From assembly GCF_001548275.1 (NCBI RefSeq), contig NZ_AP014945.1:1200001-1232000 (forward strand): a stretch of DNA of 32,000 nt. Reading direction: 5' to 3'. The notes beneath the pieces were generated by a model. The model saw only the letters and a program-made list of their open reading frames with translations, was not told the origin of the DNA and made no database searches. Source of the DNA: Caldimicrobium thiodismutans (GTDB lineage: Bacteria > Desulfobacterota > Thermodesulfobacteria > Thermodesulfobacteriales > Thermodesulfobacteriaceae). Both the position numbers and the translations under genes were made by a program. The first letter of the stretch is position 1. Each line of letters begins with the position of its first letter. Shown one piece after another: positions 23,903 to 31,274 of the stretch.

Positions 23903-26138
23903 CCTGCCGGGAGGGTGGTTTTCTAAGCTTATAGGTTGTCCCGAAAGCTATGCGGAGCCTATGGAGTTATACAAAAGGCTAAAGCAAAGGGGTATGACCT
24001 TTGTTACCATCACAGACCACAACACCATAAGCGGTGTGCTTGAGATTGCTCACCTGCCCGATGTGTTCATAAGCTGTGAATACACGGTGGAGTTTCCAGA
24101 AGAAGAGGCAATGGTCCATGTAATAGCCTACGGAATAAATGAAAAACAGCACGAAGACCTTTTAAAGCTCAGGGGTAATGTTTATGAGTTTGTTGAGTAT
24201 CTGAAATACCATAACATAGCTCATACGCTTGCCCATCCTTTGTATTCGGTGCAGGGAACCAAAATAACCAGAAGGCTTATAGACAAAATGGTTCTTCTTT
24301 TTGACACCTGGGAGGTGATAAACGGCACGAGAGGGGATGGTGTAATGGAAATAGAGGAGACCATAGCCCGAGCTTATAGTAGTTGGGATGTTATAAGAAG
24401 GTTGGAGGAGAAATACAAAATCAGAAGTTTAAGGAGCTGGGAAAGGATAAGTTTTACCGCAGGCTCGGATGACCATGGTAGCATGGATGTGGGAAGGACA
24501 TGGACGCAGATAGAGGGTGCAAGGAGTGTTGAAGAGTTCCTTTTGGGTTTGAGGGATGGTAGGAGTGATGTGGGAACTGAGGAATTGAGTGAGGACAGGC
24601 TTGTAAACACGGTAGCAAGGGTGGGCTATGTTTACATAAACAAACATTTCGGCATACCACAGGAGATAAGGTCTGTGCTTGACTATGTCCTTATGTATTC
24701 GGACGATCCGGCGGTTGCCATGGGTTTAAGGTTCCTGCTGGGTGTGGATGCAGAAAGGACAAAGTTGGTAAGGGCTCTCCTTGACAGTTTGCCCTTCTTT
24801 ATGTGGAACAGGTTCCTTAAAAACAGGTCTGTGACCGGGCTTTTCGGGTTTATCCTTTCTCTAATTCCTTATGCCTTTCCTTACCTTATTAAGTATATGC
24901 AGAAAAAGGAAGAGAGAAGGGTAAAGGCTCTGGCAAAGGAGTTTGGTATGGTGAAGCAAGGCCCTGTAAAAATTGCTTATTTCACCGATACATACAAAGA
25001 GCTAAACGGGGTTGCGCGCACGGCAAACATAATGAAAGCCATAGCCCTTGAAGAAGACTTACCCTTCCACTTCTTTGTATGCTCAAAGGAAAGGACAAGA
25101 AAAGAAAACCTTACATCTCTCAAGCCTTTAATAGAAGTCCCTACGCCCTTTTACAAAGAGCTCAAGATGGGTGTGCCTGACTTTAAGGATCTTGTGGAAG
25201 AGCTTGAAAGGGAAGGCTTCACAGGTGTGCATGTTTCTACGCCGGGACCGTTGGGACTTATGGCTTTTCTTGCGGGTAAGCTTTTAGGACTCAAGGTGAC
25301 CTTTGCCTTTCACACAGACATACCAACCTATGCATGTGTATACACGGGAGATGAGGAGTTGGAAAACTTCTTATGGAAGGCTTTTGTCTTTTTGGCTAAC
25401 AGTTCTGACAGATTCTTTGTGCCTTCGGAGCATTACAGAAGGCTCTTCTTGAGCAAGGGGGTGGAGCCTTCAAAGGTCAGAGTTTTCAGGCGGGGTGTAG
25501 ACACTAAGCTTTTTTCTCCTTATAAAAGGAACGAAAACTTTTGGAATGACAGGCTTGGCAAAAGGGTAGAAAGGGTCATACTGTATGTTGGCAGGGTAGC
25601 AAAGGAGAAAAACCTTGAAACCTTTTTCTATGTAGCAAAAGGCTTTCCTGAAGAGACCTTTGTAGTGGTTGGAGATGGTCCCTACAGGGAGGAGCTTGAG
25701 AAGATAAAACCAAAGAATGTGCATTTTGTGGGATATTTGAGGGGAGAGGAGCTTGCAAAGGCTTATGCCAGCTCCTATGTCTTTCTGTTTCCTTCAGAGA
25801 CGGAAACTTATGCACAGGTGGTCTTGGAAGCTATGGCAAGCGGTCTTCCTGTGGTGGTAAGCTCAAAGGGTGCAGCTAACGAGCATGTAGAGGACGGTCT
25901 AAACGGCTTTATAGCCACAGAGAAAACCGATTTTATCGATAGGCTAAGCCTGTTGCTTGAAGACGAGTCCCTGAGAGACAAGATGGCTACTGAAGCCTTG
26001 TATAGGGCTAAAAGCCTTGAATTGAGAAAAACTTACATGGAATATATGCTAAACATAGCAGGCAAAAGGGAAGTTCTGTATGAAACAAAGGAGGTTTTAT
26101 ATGAAAGTTGTCGATATCGCACCTTACTTTCATTCTAA
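23850..26138 (+). CDS. Fusion protein: N-terminal PHP-family metal-dependent phosphoesterase, a hydrophobic linker, and a C-terminal GT4 glycosyltransferase
   Basis: PHP motifs are ADLHLHSKASN, FVTITDHNTISG and GSDDHG. The hydrophobic segment is VTGLFGFILSLIPYAFPYLI. The GT4 part is KIAYFTDTYKELNGVA...GRVAKEKN...VVGDGPYREEL...FPSETETYAQVVLEAMASGLPVV. The SD AAGGAGG is upstream, and the ORF overlaps the preceding gene by 53 nt. Confidence 0.8.
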   Translation: MKNFLARADLHLHSKASNLPGGWFSKLIGCPESYAEPMELYKRLKQRGMTFVTITDHNTISGVLEIAHLPDVFISCEYTVEFPEEEAMVHVIAYGINEKQHEDLLKLRGNVYEFVEYLKYHNIAHTLAHPLYSVQGTKITRRLIDKMVLLFDTWEVINGTRGDGVMEIEETIARAYSSWDVIRRLEEKYKIRSLRSWERISFTAGSDDHGSMDVGRTWTQIEGARSVEEFLLGLRDGRSDVGTEELSEDRLVNTVARVGYVYINKHFGIPQEIRSVLDYVLMYSDDPAVAMGLRFLLGVDAERTKLVRALLDSLPFFMWNRFLKNRSVTGLFGFILSLIPYAFPYLIKYMQKKEERRVKALAKEFGMVKQGPVKIAYFTDTYKELNGVARTANIMKAIALEEDLPFHFFVCSKERTRKENLTSLKPLIEVPTPFYKELKMGVPDFKDLVEELEREGFTGVHVSTPGPLGLMAFLAGKLLGLKVTFAFHTDIPTYACVYTGDEELENFLWKAFVFLANSSDRFFVPSEHYRRLFLSKGVEPSKVRVFRRGVDTKLFSPYKRNENFWNDRLGKRVERVILYVGRVAKEKNLETFFYVAKGFPEETFVVVGDGPYREELEKIKPKNVHFVGYLRGEELAKAYASSYVFLFPSETETYAQVVLEAMASGLPVVVSSKGAANEHVEDGLNGFIATEKTDFIDRLSLLLEDESLRDKMATEALYRAKSLELRKTYMEYMLNIAGKREVLYETKEVLYESCRYRTLLSF

Positions 26139-27333
26139 AAGCGGTGGTATAAAGAGATATCTTTTAGAAAAGTCAAGATACTTACAAAACAAAAATGTGG
26201 AACATGTAATGATAATACCGGGCAAAGAAAAGAAGGTCCATTACATTAATTCCACAAAGATTTATCAGATATCGTCCTTTACTATACCTATGAGCGGTGG
26301 ATACAGGTTTTTTAGCAGTCTAAAGGAAATAAAGAATATACTTAACCTGGAAAAGCCAGACATAGTAGAGCTTGAAGGGACTTACCTTCTTACAGTTTCC
26401 CTTTCCTCTACCGAATACAGGCTAATAGTGTTTTACCACTCAGATGTGAGGACGGATGCAAACCTATTGCCCCTTCCCGAAAGACTAAGAAAAAAGATAG
26501 TTGACTTTACTATCAAAACTCTATCAAAAGCTGACCTTGTGCTAACACCTTCAAAAAGGCAAGAAGAGTTTCTGAAAGGGTGCGGTCTTGAAAAGGTGCG
26601 CACCGTTAACCTTGGGGTGGACACGGAGATTTTCACACCATACAGGAGGAATCCTAACCTAAACACTTTCTTTGGCATAAAGGAAAACACCTTCAAAATC
26701 ATATATGCAGGCAGGCTTTCGCCAGAAAAGAACATAGACCTTTTGCTTGAAATTGTGAGTATGCTGGACAGTGCCACCTTTCACTTTATAGTGGTGGGAG
26801 ATGGACCGTTAAGAAAGAAGGTAGAGAGCTTTGCAAAAAAACATCCCAATGTGACTTTTTTGGGTTATATATCGGACAAGGAAAGGCTTGCAGAACTTTA
26901 CGCAAGTAGTGATATTTTCCTTTCTGCGTCCTGCTCGGAGACCTTTGGGCTTTCCTTCTTGGAGGCTCAGGCTTGTGGCTGTATTCTTGTGGCACCTGAC
27001 ATGGGTCTTGAGACACAGCCCTTCAAAAAGTTCTTGGTAAAAGACTTGGCACCAGAAAGCTTTTATTGTGCCCTGCTTGAAGCGGTCAATCAAGTTAGCT
27101 TGACTACAAGGTTAAGGATAAGCTCATACATACAGGAAAACTTCTCTTGGAAATCAACCTTTGATAAACTATTGGAGCTCTATAAGATCATTCTTTCAGA
27201 CGGTTCTGCTTCCGAGATAACACACTTATGTTTGAAGGTGAACCAACCGCAAGCCCATGAGCCCATAGCACAGCTTCTTTGGCGGCTTCATCCACCTTTT
27301 TTAGCCTTACCTCTATGCCCTCCACCTTTTTAG
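26101..27333 (+). CDS. GT4 glycosyltransferase with a probably non-native C-terminal tail
   Basis: The ATG at 26101 follows AAGGAGGT. It reads MKVVDIAPYFHSKSGGIKRYL...GRLSPEKN...VVGDGPLRKKV...SCSETFGLSFLEAQACGCILVAP. After ...LLELYKIIL (about 27195) the ORF runs antisense through a flavodoxin-like gene fragment. Confidence 0.8.
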   Translation: MKVVDIAPYFHSKSGGIKRYLLEKSRYLQNKNVEHVMIIPGKEKKVHYINSTKIYQISSFTIPMSGGYRFFSSLKEIKNILNLEKPDIVELEGTYLLTVSLSSTEYRLIVFYHSDVRTDANLLPLPERLRKKIVDFTIKTLSKADLVLTPSKRQEEFLKGCGLEKVRTVNLGVDTEIFTPYRRNPNLNTFFGIKENTFKIIYAGRLSPEKNIDLLLEIVSMLDSATFHFIVVGDGPLRKKVESFAKKHPNVTFLGYISDKERLAELYASSDIFLSASCSETFGLSFLEAQACGCILVAPDMGLETQPFKKFLVKDLAPESFYCALLEAVNQVSLTTRLRISSYIQENFSWKSTFDKLLELYKIILSDGSASEITHLCLKVNQPQAHEPIAQLLWRLHPPFLALPLCPPPF

Positions 27334-27409
27334 CACCCTCTGCCACAAGCTTAGCCATCTTTTCCGTGTTTCCTGTTAGAGAGCCTTAAAGGACACACAT
27401 CTTAACCAT
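27225..27409 (-). pseudogene. N-terminal fragment of a flavodoxin-fold (WrbA/flavodoxin-like) gene with an in-frame TAA
   Basis: Own minus-strand translation from the ATG at 27409 gives MVKMCVL*GSLTGNTEKMAKLVAEGAKKVEGIEVRLKKVDEAAKEAVLWAHGLAVGSPS. A TAA (27386-27388) sits where Tyr is expected, and homology is lost after GSPS. Confidence 0.65.
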
Positions 27410-27430
27410 TGTCCCAGAAGCAAACACAAA

Positions 27431-27652
27431 AGAGGCGTGTACGGCTTTGAAAATCTTTTGAAGCTTGTAAAGTTTTTAAGCGGCGAGCTGAAAAAAGAGC
27501 CAGAAAGCTTTGAGCCAGAAAACTGGCAAAGCCACTAATACGACTTGGATTTTTCTGAGGTTTACGGACAGCATAAGGCAAAAAGGGCTGCGGAGACTGC
27601 CTGCGCAGGCATGCACCACCTATTACTTATAGGGAGCCCAGGGGTCGGGAAA
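27431..27652 (+). pseudogene. comM: Internal fragment of a comM/yifB-type Mg-chelatase-like AAA+ ATPase gene with an in-frame TAA
   Basis: GVYGFENLLKLVKFLSGE...(TAA at 27536-27538)...[37 protein letters not shown]. This is the linker plus the Walker A region only. The supplied ORF 27545-27760 is its tail. Confidence 0.7.
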
Positions 27653-27700
27653 GAAAGTCAGTCTTTATCCTCCTCTATTCATAACACAAAATTTATACCT
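27651..27700 (-). mobile_element. Solo IS256-type left-end (IRL) remnant
   Basis: The reverse complement contains TATAAATTTTGTGT (27684-27697), a 14/14 match to 3854-3867 of the intact IS. The adjacent inward 14 nt match 10/14 (ATGAATAGAGGAGG against ATAGATTGGGGAGG). The outermost 8 nt of the IR are absent or diverged. Confidence 0.55.
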
Positions 27701-27769
27701 GTTTTTGGTTTTCTTCTTCAAATCTTAAAAATTTGTATTATATTTTGGGACGGGGGTTGAGGTATAAAA

Positions 27770-28967
27770 ATGAAAGTTCAAGCACATAAAGAATTATTAA
27801 CTCCAGGCATTTTTACTCAATATAAAAATATTGACCTTGAAAGACTTCTTAAAGAGTATGAAGAGAAACTTTCTGATTTAAGGGGGTGTCTTTGACCCCG
27901 AAGGTCTCAAAAAGAAATTGCATAAAATAGAGGAGAAACTTCAAGAAACTCAGACCTGGGACTCACCAGAATTTAGGCACCTCCTTAAAGAAAGATCACA
28001 AATTTCACAAAGACTCTCCCTTTATGAAAAATTGGAGGGGGCTTTTAAGGAGTTAGTTGATTGGTATCTCCTTTATAAGGAAGAGGGTTCACAAGAAGCC
28101 TTTGAAAGCTTTCTTCAGGAGCTCAAAAAATTTGAAAATCTTTTTCATCAAGAGGAGGCAACTCTTCTCCTTTCCGAAGATTATGATCATTCTTCAGCCA
28201 TCTTGAGTATCCATGCTGGAACTGGTGGAACCGATGCCCAGGATTTTGCTGAGATGCTTCTACGCATGTATACACGCTGGGCAGAAAAAAAAGGCTTCAG
28301 AGTAAAACTTGTGGATTATCTTTCTGGTGAGGAAGCAGGGATTAAAAGTGCAGTTCTTCTAATAGAGGGTCCTAATGCTTATGGACTTTTGAAAGGAGAA
28401 AAGGGGATCCACAGACTTATTAGGATATCTCCCTTTGATGCCAATGCCAGACGACACACCTCCTTTGCCTCGGTAACTGTCATTCCAGAAATTGAAGAAG
28501 ATGTTGAGGTTGAAATAAGGCCTGAAGATCTTAAGATTGAAACTATGCGGGCAAGCGGGCACGGTGGCCAACATGTTAACAAAACAGAAAGTGCTGTTAG
28601 ACTGACTCATATTCCAACTGGAATAGTTGTTACCTGCCAAAATGAAAGAAGCCAGCACCTTAATAAAGCCACTGCCTTAAAAATTCTTAAGGCCAAACTC
28701 TATCAACTTGAAAAACAAAGACTTGAGGAAAAAAAAGAGGCTCTCATTGGGGAGAAAAAAGAGATTGCCTGGGGACATCAGATTAGAACATACATACTCC
28801 ATCCCCACAAGGTTGTCAAAGACCATCGCAGTCAGTTTGAATCCTATAGAGTTGATGATGTTTTAGATGGTGAGATTGACGAGTTTATCCGGGAATTTTT
28901 ACTCTGGTATACCAAGGAAAAATTAACCAAGGAAAAGGAGAAAAAAAATGAAAAGAGAAAAAATTAA
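27770..28967 (+). CDS. prfB: Peptide chain release factor 2, expressed via a programmed +1 frameshift: join(27770..27892,27894..28967)
   Basis: ORF0 is MKVQAHKELL...SDLRGCL, followed by TGA at 27893-27895. The +1 frame continues DPEGLKKKLHKIEEKLQ... with the SPF (RISPFDANARRHTSF) and GGQ (SGHGGQHVNKTESAVR) motifs. The SD GAGG lies 7 nt upstream of the ATG. Confidence 0.95.
27881..27896 (+). promoter_or_regulatory. RF2 autoregulatory +1 frameshift site
   Basis: AGGGGG TGT CTT TGA C: an internal SD-like AGGGGG, 3-nt spacing, then the slippery CTT followed by a weak-context TGA C. This is nearly identical to the classic AGGGGGTATCTTTGAC. Confidence 0.9.
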
Positions 28968-30090
28968 GGCCTTAGTTATGCTTGAAGATGGAACCCATTT
29001 TTGGGGCTATTCCTTTACCACAAGAGGGGAGACCTTTGGGGAAATCGTCTTTAATACAGGAATAACTGGTTATCAGGAAATTCTAACAGATCCTTCCTAT
29101 TATGGACAGATTGTCACCATGACCTATCCCCTCATTGGAACTTATGGAGTGAACTCCGAGGACATGGAAAGTTCCCGCATTCAGGTTGCAGGTTTTATTG
29201 TAAAAGAATATCAGCCCTTTTACAATAACTGGAGAGGTGAAAAATCCTTAGGGGAATGGTTAAAGGAAAACCAAATTCTTGGGATAGAAGGTATTGATAC
29301 TCGCGCCTTAACTCGCCATTTAAGGAATTTTGGGGCTATGAAAGGTGGTATTACTACGGAAACCCTAAATCCAGGAGATTTTCTTGAAAAAATTAAAGCA
29401 AGTCCAGACTATGTGGGAAGAGACCTTATTCAGTATGTAAGCACTGAAAATCCCTATTTTTACGATAAAGAGGGCTTTGATTTTTCCACCTCTACCTTCA
29501 AAGGTAGGGCAAAATATAAAATTGCTATACTTGACTGTGGTATGAAATACAATCAACTGAGACTTTTTGCTGAAAGAGGTGCGGAGTGTCTTGTCTTTCC
29601 TGCCAAAACCTCTGCAGAAGAAATTCTCAAGCACAATCCTGATGGAATCTTTCTCTCCAATGGACCAGGGGATCCTGCTCCTCTAACTTATGTGGTAAAT
29701 ACAGTGAAAGGGCTTCTTGGGAAGAAACCAATCTTCGGAATCTGCCTGGGGCATCAGATCCTTGGACAGGCCCTTGGTGCCTCAACATTTAAACTTAAAT
29801 TTGGCCATCGGGGAATAAATCACCCAGTTTTAAATCTCCTAAACAAAAAAGTGGAGATTACTTCCCAGAACCATGGCTTTTGCGTAAAAATGGAAGAACT
29901 CCCCAAAGAAGTTATTAAAACCCATATTAACTTGAATGACAATACCTCTGAAGGGCTTTATCATCCTGAACTTAAGGCCTTTTCTGTTCAGTATCATCCT
30001 GAAAATGCACCAGGTCCTCACGATTCCATCTATCTCTTTGATTGCTTTATCCGTCTGATTGAAGGCCAGGATGGAAATTTATTCTCCTAA
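28948..30090 (+). CDS. carA: Carbamoyl-phosphate synthase small (glutaminase) subunit
   Basis: GEIVFNTGITGYQEILTDPSYYGQIV and the GATase triad context GICLGHQ...HPE. The SD AAGGAG is upstream. It overlaps the prfB 3' end by 20 nt. Confidence 0.95.
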   Translation: MKREKIKALVMLEDGTHFWGYSFTTRGETFGEIVFNTGITGYQEILTDPSYYGQIVTMTYPLIGTYGVNSEDMESSRIQVAGFIVKEYQPFYNNWRGEKSLGEWLKENQILGIEGIDTRALTRHLRNFGAMKGGITTETLNPGDFLEKIKASPDYVGRDLIQYVSTENPYFYDKEGFDFSTSTFKGRAKYKIAILDCGMKYNQLRLFAERGAECLVFPAKTSAEEILKHNPDGIFLSNGPGDPAPLTYVVNTVKGLLGKKPIFGICLGHQILGQALGASTFKLKFGHRGINHPVLNLLNKKVEITSQNHGFCVKMEELPKEVIKTHINLNDNTSEGLYHPELKAFSVQYHPENAPGPHDSIYLFDCFIRLIEGQDGNLFS

Positions 30091-30994
30091 GGATTTCCCT
30101 CTTCCCTTTGATACAGCCATAACCATTGGGGCCTTTGATGGCATTCATCTTGGCCATCGGGCTCTTTTTCAAGAAACCTTTAAAATTTCAGAATTAAAAG
30201 GATTAGTTCCTTTAGTGGTCACCTTTAATCCCCATCCCAGAAAGGTTATTCAACCCCATCTTGAGCTAAAACTTCTTACTACCTTAGAGGAAAAACTTGA
30301 ACTCCTTGAAAGGGAGGGTTTTTCAAGAGTTGTAGTCCTTCCCTTTACTAAGGCTTTGGCAGAAATTACTGCTGATCTTTTTGTAGAAAAATATCTTGTG
30401 GACTATCTCAGGGCAAAAGCTGTGGTGATCGGGTTTAATTTTAGGTTTGGAAGGTCCCGGACAGGTGATACAGAGCTTCTCAAAAATTTAGGACAAAAAT
30501 ATGGATTTCAGGTCACCGAGGTTCCCCCTGTAAAACTTGAAGATAAAACTATCTCAAGCACCCTTATCCGGGAAACCCTGAAAAAGGGCGAAGTAGAAAA
30601 AGCCTCCAAAATGCTTGGCCGAAACTATACCCTAATCGGTAAGGTTATCTCCGGTAAGGGACGGGGGAAAAAGCTTGGCTTTCCCACCGCTAATCTACTT
30701 ATTCCCTCAGAAAAACTCATTCCTGCCCAGGGAGTTTATGCAGTCTGGGTATATTTAGATTTTCAAAGATTCCCAGGAGCTCTAAATATCGGTTATAATC
30801 CAACTTTTGATGAAAAAGAACTCTCCATAGAAGTCCATATCTTAGACCTCAATGGAGATATGGACCTCTACAACCAGGCTTTAAAAGTTGAATTTGTCAA
30901 ATTTATAAGGGGTGAAAAAAAATTCTCCTCTATTGAGGAGCTTATTCAACAAATATCTCAAGATTGCCAGCTTATCCGTAAAGTGTTAATCTAA
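30071..30994 (+). CDS. ribF: Bifunctional riboflavin kinase / FMN adenylyltransferase
   Basis: AITIGAFDGIHLGHRALF, with the riboflavin kinase part GKGRGKKLGFPTANL...HILD. The ATG at 30071 (MEIYSPKDF) is preferred over the TTG at 30059, though the start remains uncertain. Confidence 0.9.
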   Translation: MEIYSPKDFPLPFDTAITIGAFDGIHLGHRALFQETFKISELKGLVPLVVTFNPHPRKVIQPHLELKLLTTLEEKLELLEREGFSRVVVLPFTKALAEITADLFVEKYLVDYLRAKAVVIGFNFRFGRSRTGDTELLKNLGQKYGFQVTEVPPVKLEDKTISSTLIRETLKKGEVEKASKMLGRNYTLIGKVISGKGRGKKLGFPTANLLIPSEKLIPAQGVYAVWVYLDFQRFPGALNIGYNPTFDEKELSIEVHILDLNGDMDLYNQALKVEFVKFIRGEKKFSSIEELIQQISQDCQLIRKVLI

Positions 30995-31224
30995 GCCTTT
31001 TTAGCTTTTTTTAACTCATTTACGAAGGCATCATAAATATTAACTTTTTTTCCGATTTTCTTAGGAATATCAATTCCTCTCTTTCTCAATTCATTAACGA
31101 TTTTGTTCACCTGAAATTTACTAATACCCAGCTTTTCAGCTATTTGAGTTGCACTCATCAAAGCATAATTCTCATAAACAAATCTAACATCTTCCAAAGT
31201 AACAGGCCTACTTCTCTTTCTCAT
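30991..31224 (-). CDS. Small helix-turn-helix protein (77 aa), function unknown
   Basis: The ATG at 31224 is preceded by TAGGAGGTG (5-nt spacing). It reads MRKRSRPVTLEDVRFVYENYALMSATQIAEKLGISKFQVNKIVNELRK, an HTH-like pattern. Its 3' end overlaps the ribF stop, and the two genes converge. Confidence 0.55.
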   Translation of the reverse strand: MRKRSRPVTLEDVRFVYENYALMSATQIAEKLGISKFQVNKIVNELRKRGIDIPKKIGKKVNIYDAFVNELKKAKKA

Positions 31225-31274
31225 TGTCGCACCTCCTAACTTTTGGTTTTTTATCAAATTATATATCAGATTTA

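Noticed and set aside
23343-27093. Nine small ORFs inside the island-B genes (23343-23546, 24374-24660 cluster, 25470-25815 pair, 26433-27093 cluster)
   Set aside because: They are antisense or alternative frames of the DUF2334, PHP-GT4 and GT4 genes. Long antisense ORFs are expected in GC-richer DNA.
27545-27760. 71-aa ORF treated as a real gene
   Set aside because: Its first half is the Walker-A piece of a comM/yifB fragment, and the rest is read-through into the IS-end remnant and the prfB promoter region. It is annotated as a pseudogene fragment instead.
28359-30021. Small minus-strand ORFs inside prfB and carA (28359-28658, 28379-28582, 29365-29634, 29839-30021)
   Set aside because: They are antisense to highly conserved housekeeping genes.
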